Shown: positions 13,216 to 24,052 of the stretch, piece after piece
Numbering within the stretch: the stretch's first letter is position 1
How the letters are laid out: every line of letters starts with the position of its first letter
Source of the DNA: Octopus sinensis
Taxonomy: Eukaryota
Direction: 5' to 3'
Length of the DNA: 64,000 nucleotides
NCBI RefSeq assembly: GCF_006345805.1
Contig: NC_043023.1
Coordinates: 14,632,001 to 14,696,000 of the forward strand
Notes under the pieces: model-generated
Database searches by the model: none
What the model was told of the DNA's origin: nothing
The model's input: the letters and a program-made list of their open reading frames with translations, nothing else
Made by a program: the position numbers and the translations under genes

Positions 13216-13334
13216 CAATGCAACCATATCTAATTCTATAAGCAGCAACCACTTGGCAACGCCACCAACGACAACACCACCACCACAGACGCCATATGCA
13301 GCAGCAGCCGGAGGTCAGCAGTCCAACTGTGCCG
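13216..13334 (+). CDS. CNOT3: CNOT3 coding exon, phase 2-1
   Basis: acttgcag|CAATGC...TGCCG|gtaagt; NATISNSISSNHLATPPTTTPPPQTPYAAAAGGQQSNCA, containing the conserved TP(A)PYA-like motif. Confidence 0.85.
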
Positions 13335-13769
13335 GTAAGTGGACACATTGTTTCCATTCTTTCACCACCATCATTCGTCGTCGTCGTCGTCGTCGTCGTT
13401 TAACGTCCGTTCTCCATGCTAGCATGGGTTGGACGGTTCGACCGGGGTTCTGGGAAGCCAGAAGGCTGCACCAGGCTCCAGTCTAATTTGGCAATGTTTC
13501 AACAGCTGGATGCCCTTCCTAACGCCAACCACTCCGTGAGTGTAGTGGGTGCTTTTTACGTGCCACCTGCACAGGTGCCAGGCGGGGCTGGCAACGGCCA
13601 CGGTCGGATTGGTGTATTTTATGTGCCACCGGCACGGAAGCCAGTCGAGGCGGTGCTGGCATCGGCCACGAGTCGGATAGTGCTTTTTACGTACCACCAG
13701 ACCAGGGATCCTGGCTGGTTCAATTCGATTTCGATTTCGCTTGCCCCAACATGTCTTTATTATTATTAA

Positions 13770-13980
13770 CCCTTTAGTGTTCGCTAAAATTAATCCTTTT
13801 TTATCCACATTGTTTTGAACTAATCAGGCATTATCTTGTAGCTATGAGATTTTGATGAGGTAGTTGTTAATTTTTAAAGCGATATTGTAGGGTTGGTGTG
13901 AGAGACCAGATCTGGCCAGTTTGAACATAAAACAGGCAGAATACTTTTGGCCGGATATGGCCGGTTTAATTGCTAAAGGG
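13770..13980 (+). mobile_element. piggyBac-type MITE family 2, free full-length copy
   Basis: TTAA|CCCTTTAG...CTAAAGGG|TTAA; other free copies at 14136-14356, 16672-16890, 30008-30229, 45355-45576; degenerate reverse tandem pieces at 5590-5860 and 6560-6905. Confidence 0.88.
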
Positions 13981-15897
13981 TTAAAGATATTCTAGTTGTA
14001 TCCTGGGTATGACAAACTGCATCAGGTGGTGAAACTCCAGCTGGGGAGCGTGGAGTCACTCCTTAACTACCATTAACCCTGGGTTCATTCTGACCTGGAA
14101 CAGTTGTACCTGTCAAGGTCCCATCTATGAGTTAACCCTTTAGTATTAACATTATTCTGCCAAAATTAATCCTTTTTATCCACATTGTTTTGAACTAATC
14201 AGTCATTAATCTTGTAGCTATGAGATTTTGATGAGGTAGCTGTTCATTTTTAAAGCGATATTGTAGGGTTGGTGTGAGAGACCAGATCTGGCCAGTTTGA
14301 ACATAAAACAGGTTGAAAAATTTTGGCCGGATATGGCCGGTTTAAATGCTAAAGGGTTAAGGCTGTGAGCTGGCAGAATTGTTAGCACACCGGGCTAAAT
14401 ACTTTGCGGTATTTCATCCATCTTCATGTTCTGAGTTCAAATTCCGCCAAGGTCAACTTTGCCTTTTATTCTTTTGGGGTCAATAAAATAAGCACCAGTT
14501 AAACACAGGGGTCAGTGTAATCAACTAGTCCCCTCCCACCAAATTTCAGGCCTTCTGCTTTAGTATAAAGGATTATTATTATTATTATTATTATTGAGTG
14601 AGAGAGCAGTGCATGCCATCAAAGTGACACAGGGGTAAAATATACGAAGCCCAGTATACCCATCATGACTACTCGTCTGATAAGGGTACACTAGGCACAT
14701 GCATCACAACAATATGTGCGCGACATGGTGATTTCATATCAAGACAAACAATGCATGACCTTGCAGGTGGGGCCCAGTTAGAATTTTCTTCTGGTCAAGT
14801 AACCCATCCCACTCAAAAGGTCCCTGAATAAGGGTTGTTTAAGGATGTTGAACGAAACACCCATGTTCCCTAAGGTGAATTATTCAAACCCCAAAGAATC
14901 CTTCTCAATACATGGCTATGATGCTCCCCCACTACTTCTGCTCTTGATCAGAGATGCACATATCGACAGCCACCAAGGGACATTTTCAACTGGTTAAGGT
15001 CAAACAACTGACAAGCAAATCTGTGGTATTGAGCAGAATATTTGCTGTAGCCCATCTTTTATACCAAGACAAAACATGTACGTGACAACACTTCCAATCA
15101 GTTAAGATCAGTTATTATTATTATTATTATTAAGGTGGTGAGCTGGCTGAATGCTTAGTGGCATTTTGTCCGTCTTTACATTCAAATTCCGCTGAGGTCA
15201 GCTTTACCTTTCTTCCTTTTGGGGTCAATAAAATAAGCACCACTTAAAAACTGGAGGTCAATATAATTGACTAGCCTCCTCACCTCAAATTTCAGGTCTT
15301 GTTCCTACAACAGAAAGGATTATTATTATTATTAATATTATTATTATGCCAGCGCCACCTTGACTGGCGTCTGTGCTAGTGACACGTTAAAAGCACCAAC
15401 CAATCATGGCCGTTTGCCAGCCACCTCTGGCCCCTGTACCAACTACACTCTTGTAGTGGTTGGCGTTAGGAAGGGCATCCAGCTATAGAAACACTGCCAG
15501 ATCAGACCCCGGCCGAACCGCCCAACCCATACTAGCTTTTCACCACACAGCCATGAATTATAGATTTTCACAGTATATATTGACTGAAGAAACTAGTCTA
15601 ATATTGGGGCATATAACCCCATGACGGATAAAAATGGGTATTAGGACATGTAGGATTGAACCCAACTTTTATTTTTGTGATGTGTGTGCTTGTGAAGGAG
15701 GTCAACAGGGTGACGTGTATAGCATGTGGGGTGAGAGATAGTAAGGTTGATTTGAGAAATACATACAGCAGTTAACCCATTGTATCTTTTTGGAGAGGCC
15801 TTTCACATAGGGTAGACTGACTGTGGACAGTTTATTGGCTTCATCCGCTCTCTTCTTCATAATTGGAGTGGACAGTATACTTTTGGAGTCATCATCA

Positions 15898-16665
15898 TCA
15901 TTGTTCGACCGTGGTCAAGACAATGGAATTTACCATGCTACGCCAGACTTCACGGTCCATCATAGCATTACGGAGGTCCTGTTGCTGGATGCCTGTATCC
16001 CTGGAGATTACATCAGGGTAGGAGAGTGTGCGCCCTCTGGTATTGCGAGTAGATGGCTTCCAGAGGAGAAGAGTAGAAATTACCTCTTTTTCAGCTCTAC
16101 AACAATGTCCAGCAAACTGGACTCTCCTACCTTTCACAAGAGATGACACAGGTGGTAGTTTCCCATATATTTGCATTTTGGTTGGATGGTAACTCCACGA
16201 GAGATTTTGAGCTCTCATAAGGAGGTGAGTGTAGGTTCCATCCAACCGCCTCTCAAGCTTCTTTGATAACGTCCAGGTTTCTGAGTCATATAGTAGAATT
16301 GGTTCGAATGTGGCTTTGAAGATTTCAAGTTTGAAGTCTCTACTTAGATTTGATGACCAGATCTTATGCATGTCATTACAGGCTGACCAGGCCATACCCT
16401 TTCTAGTTAGAAAATCTTTTTCAGATGATGAAGTTCCATCCAACTGCCTCTCAAGCTTCTTTGATAACGTCCAGGTTTCTGAGCCATATAGTAGAATTGG
16501 TTCGACTTTGACTTTGAAGATTTCAAGTTTGAAGTCTCTACTTAGATTTGATGACCAGATCTTATGCATATCATTACAGGCTGACCAGGCCATATCCTTT
16601 CTAGTTAGAAAGTCTTTTCCAGATGATGATATGTATGACCCAAGATATTTGTAATCAGAAACCAT
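15898..16665 (-). mobile_element. RTE/RTE-X LINE 3' fragment (RT thumb and C-terminus) with internal 198-bp duplication
   Basis: YKYLGSYI...EPILLYGSETWTL...RRVQFAGHC.R...W; (GAT)n tail at ~15890; duplicated 66-codon block at 16236-16631. Confidence 0.9.
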
Positions 16666-17036
16666 ATTTAACCCTTTAGTGTTCTGATTATTCTATCAAA
16701 CATAATGCTAATTGATTCACATTGATTTGATTTAATCATGCATTATCTCATATCTTCAAGATTTTGATGGTGTAATTACCTAATGTAGAATAACATTGTA
16801 GGGTAGGTGTGAGAGCCTGGATCTGGTCAGTTTGAACATAAAACAGATTAAATATTTTGGCTGGATATGGCCGGTTTAAATACTAAAGGGTTATGGGCAC
16901 ATTGTTGAGAGTAGTAGTTGTTGCTTAACAGATCGTTATTGAGCTTGATGGTGTGTCTTTGTGGTGTGTGTCACGATCGCTACTTATATTCTTTGCACGG
17001 CGTTGGTGTACAAAGTGCAAGGTTTTCTAATTTCAG

Positions 17037-17488
17037 AGGTGAAGAACCAGCTGAACTCCAGCGACCAGTCATCTGTGAGTAGTTCCAGCAACAACAGCGC
17101 CAACAGCTCGTTAGTGCAGACGTCCGCAGCCAATTTAACATCTGTAACGACTGTGTCCAACAACGTCAGCACGGCGAACTTCGTTGGCAACGCGTCGTCC
17201 GTGGCGCAGCAGGGCATGCCGCGAGGCACGCCGTCACCCCTTCCAATGGCCTCCATGCCTGTCAGTTCAGGAACGCTCATCACATCTCTCTCGTCGTCGG
17301 CAGCAGCCTCCCTGGCGATGATCTCTTGCTCGTCGTCAACGGCAACGGTGAACACCACCACTACCAACAGCAGCAGCAACATGTGTATTAGCAGTGTGAC
17401 CCCCAGCGCCAGCCTTCCTGCTGCAAAGTCCGACCTAGTCGTCATACTTAACGGTCCGGTGAACAACACTAGGCCTTCGCTGAACAAG
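17037..17488 (+). CDS. CNOT3: CNOT3 coding exon (S/N/T-rich disordered linker), phase 1-0
   Basis: taatttcag|AGGTGA...AACAAG|gtacgt; GC-rich open frame (ORF 16961-17551); length 452 fits the flanking phases. Confidence 0.85.
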
Positions 17489-17669
17489 GTACGTTCTTTT
17501 AAATTCTTTGTTTTCTACATTACTTTCATCCTTAAAAATGGAGGTGCATAGCTTAATGGTTAGGGGTGTTGGACTCATGAGCATAAGATAGCAGTTTCAA
17601 TTCTGTCACCGGGCGATGCGTTGTGTTGATATTGTTCCAGTCCACTCGGCTGGCAAATACTATTATTCC

Positions 17670-18497
17670 TTACATTATTTACATTCGACGGATATTTGTC
17701 CTCATCTTGTTTGTTGTTAACACGTTTCGGCTGATATACCCTCCAGCCTTCATCAGGTGTCTTGGCGAAATTTCAAACCTGGGTTCTCATTCTTAAGGTA
17801 TTTTTCAATATTATTATTCAGGTCAATGCCTGGAATCGAACTTAGAATCTTGGGGTTAGTAACCTGCACTCTTAACCACCATGCCATATACCCGTGGGTA
17901 TATTATTTACATTTGACAGATATTTGTCCTCATCTTGTTTGTTGTTAACACGTTTCGGCTGATATACCCTCCAGCCTTCATCAGGTGTCTTGGCGAAATT
18001 TCAAACCTGGGTTCTCATTCCTAAGGTATTTTTTGATATTATTATTCAGGTCAATGCCTGGAATCGAACTTAGAATCTTGGGGTTAGTAACCTGCACTCT
18101 TAACCACCATGCCATATACCCGTGGGTATATTATTTACATTCGACAGATATTTGTCCTCATCTTGTTTGTTGTTAACACGTTTCGGCTGATATACCCTCC
18201 AGCCTTCATCAGGTGTCTTGGCGAAATTTCAAACCTGGGTTCTCATTCCTAAGGTATTTTTTGATATTATTATTCAGGTCAATGCCTGGAATCGAACTTA
18301 GAATCTTGGGGTTAGTAACCTGCACTCTTAACCACCATGCCATATACCTGTGGGCATATTATTTACATTCGACGGATATTTGTCCTCATCTTGTTTGTTG
18401 TTAACACAACATTTCGGCTGATATACCCTCCAGCCTTCATCGGGTGTCTTGGAGAAATTTCAAACCTGGGTTCTCATTCCTAAGGTATTTTTCAATG
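17670..18497 (-). mobile_element. 228-bp tandem array (3.6 units) of a tRNA-headed SINE-like unit carrying a hammerhead motif
   Basis: Exact 228 period; on the minus strand A box TGGCATGGTGG (17876-17886) and B box AGTTCGATTCC (17832-17842), then GACAC-CTGATGA-A-GGCTG..CAGCC-GAAAC (17719-17761). Confidence 0.85.
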
Positions 18498-18514
18498 TTG
18501 TTGCTGTTGTTTCC

Positions 18515-19160
18515 TAGCAACAGCAACAACCTTTGTTAGGGCATCCTTCTAAGAGAAGGCAACTCAGGTAACTGGGATAACTCCGACATAAAACCTGCGG
18601 CTCAGTGGTTACCGATGTTGTTGACTTGTTCTTTTCGGATTATGGCTGCTGTTGCTTAGTGAGTGGGATTGACTCAGTGCACAGCCCCTAAAGTCCAACC
18701 CCTCCTCATCATGGTAAGGGGGTGAAACGGGAGTATCAGAGCTATGCCGTCGGAGACTTTGGTTTCTGGTAGGGCCACCCACGGTGGATTGTTCTGACAG
18801 CCAGCGGTATCAGGGCTGCACCCGGCTAACGGGGCTCTGGTGAACAGAAGCGTCTGATCCGGCAACCGGCGGCTTCAACCCGTCCTGTCCCTGCGTCTGT
18901 GGAAAATCTACGGCAAACAAGACGTTCTCCCAACAGGGATATACTTGCGGCTGGGGACTGCTAGTGAACTTCCTATTCTCAAGATCCTTAAAAAATTCCT
19001 CTTCACCGCTGGAATAAGGAGTGGTTGGAGATCACGCGGTCGTTAGCCTCAAATCGCCAGGCCTGGTCTGCGTTTGTGAGAGATGCAGCATTGAGGATGA
19101 ATGAAGCCAGCTCAACCCACCCCGGGTGAATGCTGTCTCAAGTCAAGAAGTCAAGACAAG
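18515..19160 (+). mobile_element. Internally deleted RTE-like element (GC-rich 5' part plus 3' end)
   Basis: 3' part reads ...LASNRQAWSAFVRDAA.RMNEA.STHPG* with a (CAAGT)n-like tail; the 5' ~470 bp is GC-rich and non-coding. Confidence 0.55.
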
Positions 19161-19495
19161 ACTAGCATATGTACAACAACCTCCTAAGCAGACAGAGTGC
19201 AGATATGAATAGCATATGGGGACCAGTATTAAGGAAGGATTGGAAAATATTAGATTTATAAGCCCTAAAAATTCACTTCATAATTGCCCATGGACATATG
19301 GCATAGTGGTTAAGAGCGTGGGCTACTAACCCCAAGATTCCTACAACTTTATCCCATGTCTTCCTGGGTCTACCTCTTCCACAGGTTCCCTCCACAGAGA
19401 TCAGCATTTTATATATATATATATATAATTGATACAAATTATATAACACTCTTATATAGATTTTATCCTTAAATTTAATTTACATATATAAAGTG

Positions 19496-19526
<31 letters not shown>

Positions 19527-19703
19527 GACGATGATAGAATTTTGAAAAGTTTTTATTTTGGGGATCTGTCCCCTACTTAGAGAATATAATACCAGTAGTT
19601 TTGGAGATTCCATTTATTCATTTTTTTAATGTTGGGACAGGTTGGACAGAAAAAAAAAGATGAATATATAAATAAGACTGTTTTTTTTTCTTTGATTTTT
19701 CAG

Positions 19704-19763
19704 CTTCAAACACCTTTCCAGCATTTGAACCCCTCTCCAACTGCTGACCCTACAAATAGATAT
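19704..19763 (+). CDS. CNOT3: CNOT3 coding exon (60 nt), phase 0-0
   Basis: gatttttcag|CTTCAA...AGATAT|gtaagt; LQTPFQHLNPSPTADPTNRY; strong splice sites, symmetric exon (could be a cassette). Confidence 0.7.
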
Positions 19764-19802
19764 GTAAGTAGGAACACAGCTTGTCATTGTTTTTTTGTTT
19801 AA

Positions 19803-20250
19803 CCCTTTTGGGACCAAACTGTCTAAAACCAGCCCTGGTTCTTTCATACAAATTCTTGTTTTAACCCTTTCGTTACCAACCCGGCTGAAACCGGCTCTGG
19901 CTCTTTAGTACAAATGTCTGGTTTTCAAAAGTTCTGAATTAAAACCTTCCACCAAATCTTAGTCACAATTTATGTCCCTAACTCCAGCTTAATGATAACG
20001 ACGTAATTTTACTTAATTCTTTGTTATATTTAACATAATTGGAAGAAACACTGAGCATCTCAAAATAAATTCAGTAACGAAAGGGTTAAACTGATCAAAA
20101 TTACAATCTTCCATTAAATTTCTCATATCAATTTATGTCCCAAACACCAGCTTAATAATGACAAAGTTATTTTACTAAATTCTTCAATATTTTCGAAATT
20201 TAATTGAAACAAAAGTAGTGCATTTCTGCAGAAGCATGGCAACTAAAGGG
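19803..20250 (+). mobile_element. Nested piggyBac MITEs: family-1 copy (19865-20085) inserted in a TTAA of a related MITE
   Basis: Outer TTAA-CCC(19803)...GGG(20250)-TTAA; inner TTAA-CCC(19865)...GGG(20085)-TTAA. Confidence 0.8.
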
Positions 20251-20587
20251 TTAATCTGTTAGCAGCTTCAATAGAGTATTAGGTGGGGGTTGGCAAAGGA
20301 AGGGCATCCAGCTGTAGAAAACTTGCTACATAAATAGTGTTAGTGTGTGTACATATATACATAAATATATATATGGGGCTACAAGCTATAGTAACATCCA
20401 CCCTTAGGGGTTAGCCATATTTAGATGGCAAATATACTTCACGTTGTCGTGCAGTTACTATCTATACCGCGTTCAGAGATTTATTATTGCTTGTTTACGC
20501 TTTTTCGAGATCAGTGACTTTTCGTCACTGGAAAAAGGATATATGTATTTGCATTGGGACCCCTTCGCATCGAAGACCGGTGATTGT

Positions 20588-20632
20588 CGTGCGCTGATGA
20601 TGGGTAAATACCCAGAAACCTGGGTCCGTGCG
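20588..20632 (+). ncRNA. Type-I hammerhead ribozyme motif, complete core
   Basis: Helix I CGUGCG/CGUGCG (two G-U); CUGAUGA 20594-20600; helix II UGGGU-AAAU-ACCCA; GAAA 20615-20618; helix III ACCUGGGU; GUC, predicted cut after 20626. Confidence 0.8.
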
Positions 20633-20846
20633 TATCACGTCAGGTCGATGATGGGAAGTATGGCTTCCCTTTGCAAATACTGATAGGGCACAGAAAGTGT
20701 GTCAATAGCCAGCTGGAGAAGATGTTCTCCTGGGGCTACAAGCTTCAGTAGCATCCACCCTAAGTGGATAGCCACATTTAAGTGGCAAAAATGTGAACAT
20801 GTCGTGCAGTTACTGTTTATACCTTGCTCAGAGATTTATTATTGCT

Positions 20847-20893
<47 letters not shown>

Positions 20894-22832
20894 TATATAT
20901 ATAATATATATATATATAGGGAGAATTCAAAAAAAAAAAAAAGAAACAGATGATGAAGACAGGTGGTGTAGACAACAAACAGATGTATTAGTACAAAAAG
21001 CTCAGGAAGTGAAAAAGGCTTTAATGTTTTGAGCCTACGCTCTTCCGCAGAAAGGAACACAGAAAGAAAATAAAGAATGTGTAGTGGCTAGCGATCTGTC
21101 ATGGGGAATGCTGGACAGAGGGGTCACACAGCAGAGCTAGGAGGAAGGGGATAGAGAAAGAGAGATTAAAATAAAAGATGAAAAGCAACAAAACAGGAAA
21201 GTGGAAATTATAAATTTTCTGTCTCATGAATTTCTGATAGGAAATTCCTTACATGTCTATCTAACATGTAAATCTTTGTAATTCCTATTAGCAAATGAAA
21301 CATGTGTAATGGTGGATAAATAATACCAAGAAAAAATTTCTGTTTTCCTGTTTCATTATGCAATAACTCTGCAAATAATATTTCCATAATTTGCGATTGC
21401 AATATGAATTTAGACTAACATACAGCAGCAACTAAGACTACATATGGGATTGTAATCTCTGTATATATAAACAGCAAAATGTCTGTGTATGTGTGTGTGT
21501 GTGCATGTCCTTTATACAAATGCACAATTTTTCAGTTAGAGGGCTCGCACTTTCTATGGTCATTCAAAGCCGTCCAAGGGTGGTCATGCACATCTTTACA
21601 TTTCTCCAGTCACCCTGCAAAGGCATTAAAAAATCAATAGAAGTGACTTCTTTTGTGAATTTTCTATCCAAAACCCAATCAAAATGCCCAAAACTTGATA
21701 TGTCAATTGAATGCCAGCTAGCTGTATGTGATTGGTCAGAGATTTGGACAGTACTCACGTGTATGTGCGCACGCATGCAGCTGTATATGCATGCACTAGC
21801 ACTATGACCTGGCATTGCTGGGTCATAGTGCTAGTAATGGAATAACCAGATGTGCTTTTTGAAGAAATACCGGGGATTTACTCTAACTACCTGCAATAAT
21901 ATATGTGTGTGTGTGTGTATAAAGTAGTGGCTTTGTGGTAAGTAGCTTGCTTACCAAGCACATGGTTGTGGGTTCAGTCCCACTGCGTGGCACCTTGGGC
22001 AAGTCTCTTCTGCTATAGCCTCGAGCCAACCAAAGCCTTGTGAGTGGATTTGGTAGACAGAAACTGAAAGAAGCCCATTACTCAGTGGTTTGGCATAAGA
22101 GACCAATAGAATAAGTACTAGGCTTACAAAGAATAAGTCCTGGGGTCGATTTGCTCGACTAAAGGTGGTGCTCCAGCATGGCCACAGTCAAATGACTGAA
22201 ATGAATAAAAGAGTAATGGTAGATATCACTTATACACACATCCATATATATATATATATATATAATAATAATAATATTAGGGAGTATATCCAAACTTACA
22301 GGGAAAAATTAGATTTAGGATTAAATCAAATTTCACAGTATAAATGTAAAATATGAATTAGAGATAAAACCACTATTAGGCAACACAAAAAGTGATAGAT
22401 ATAAGCCAATACATAAATAACAAAAAATAAATATAATATATATGTAAGATATAAAATTTAAAATTAAAATTATTAAAATTTTGAATTTTTAAATTTATAA
22501 TTTTTACTTTTTTTTATTAACTAACGAAAAAGTATAAAAAAAATTAAATATAATATAAGTTGCCTAATAGTAGTTTTATCTCTAATTTATATATATAAAG
22601 TTTATGTATTTGTTCTGTAAGATTCTTGATGTGAAACTGTGTTTTGAAACAAATATTGTTATATTTGGTGGGAGGGGTGGTCATTTTTTTCTCTCCCTAG
22701 TACAAATAGTATGTGTATGTTTATTAGTAAAAAAGAAAAGAGTGACCATCCTCCAATATAACAATATATATTATATGCATTTATATGTCGACCATCATGG
22801 ATCTTATTTTTGTCCATCCTTCATCTGTTTAG

Positions 22833-22941
22833 ATCTCTGACTCACTGTCCTCCCTCAAGTCAATAGCACAACAGGCTGTGATGAGTGCTGGTCTGGAGAA
22901 TCACATACCTACATCTGATTCAGTCACACCCGATAACCAAG
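22833..22941 (+). CDS. CNOT3: CNOT3 coding exon, phase 0-1
   Basis: ctgtttag|ATCTCT...CCAAG|gtacgt; ISDSLSSLKSIAQQAVMSAGLENH..., comparable to vertebrate [20 protein letters not shown]. Confidence 0.92.
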
Positions 22942-23154
22942 GTACGTCAACAACATATTTCTATCTGGCTGGCTCTCTCTCAATTCGTCTATCCATCTCT
23001 TTGTTCATCTCTCTATCCATAACTATCTGTCTATCTCATCATGCATTTCTATCCATCTCCACCTATCCATCTATTTATCTATCTATCTGCAGGTTTATTG
23101 ATGCAGACAAGAAAAGTAGGACTCAAAACATGATTATATATATTTATTTAGTTA

Positions 23155-23346
23155 TACAAGATAAGAAAATGGAGAAATACATCTAAATCAAATATCAATT
23201 ACCAGATAATACCCAATCACATACTTTATTAAACCACCACATAAGAGACTAGTCTCTTATGTGGTGGTTTAATAAAGTATGTGATTGAGTATTATCTGGT
23301 AATTGATATTTGATTTAGATGTATTTCTCCATTTTCTTATCTTGTA
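23155..23346. repeat. 192-bp loop-less palindrome (96-bp arms, one mismatch) followed by an unpaired ~170-bp tail
   Basis: Centre ...ataagagact|agtctcttat... at 23250/23251; arms and tail are homologous to the ends of the 48892-50965 element. Confidence 0.92.
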
Positions 23347-24015
23347 TTAGTAATTTGTGGTAAATCATTTTACCTTTGCCCATATAATACAGTAAATGAA
23401 TTGATTGCATCGCAATCAACATTTATGTATTAACTTTGTTGGGTACTTCACTAGCAGTATATTGGATACATGTTATCCCATGGAGGGTTGCATTTACAAC
23501 CCCGATCTCAATTTGTATCTATTTATTTAGTTATATATTTTTTTATTTAGTAGAAGCAACAGAGTGACTCAAGGGATGGGAGTTTCGTGTGTTAGCACTT
23601 TATCTGTGCTAATGTACAAAACTCTTGTCTTTTGTTGCTTCTGCTAAATATTAATAAAAATATATGTGTAGATTTGTGTGTGCATATGTATATATGTGTA
23701 TATAATGTATGCTGTGTGTATATATATATATGCTGTATATGTGTGTGTGTGTGTGTAACGCGGAGTAGATGAAACCATGGCGACTGAAGAAGGGGAATTT
23801 TCCTTGCGTTATTTGTCCTGTACTCTATTTTTTCGTTGTTTAAGAAAAATGTCCAGTTCCTTGGTTTTGTGTTTATGTTTTCGTTTCTCATTGTTTTTGA
23901 CGTTTTTTTTTTGGTGTCCTGTACCCATATATGCATGTATATATACATATGTTTTATTTATTAATTTGTTATTACATGACAGAACGCACGCATCCATATC
24001 TAAGTAAGTTTGTTC

Positions 24016-24049
<34 letters not shown>

Positions 24050-24052
<3 letters not shown>

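Noticed and set aside
18515-18990. HDV-like ribozyme in the RTE-like leader (cca-cccacgg-tgg resembles P3/L3)
   Set aside because: Could not find matching P1, P1.1 (GG) or P2 strands by eye; needs a descriptor search
23543-23650. Hairpin containing GAAACUC...GAGUC on the minus strand
   Set aside because: No CUGANGA upstream; the GAAAC is simply paired within a palindromic mini-element
23784-23815. CTGAAGA-AGGGGAA..TTCCTT hairpin as a hammerhead
   Set aside because: The GAAA and NUH elements are absent after the hairpin
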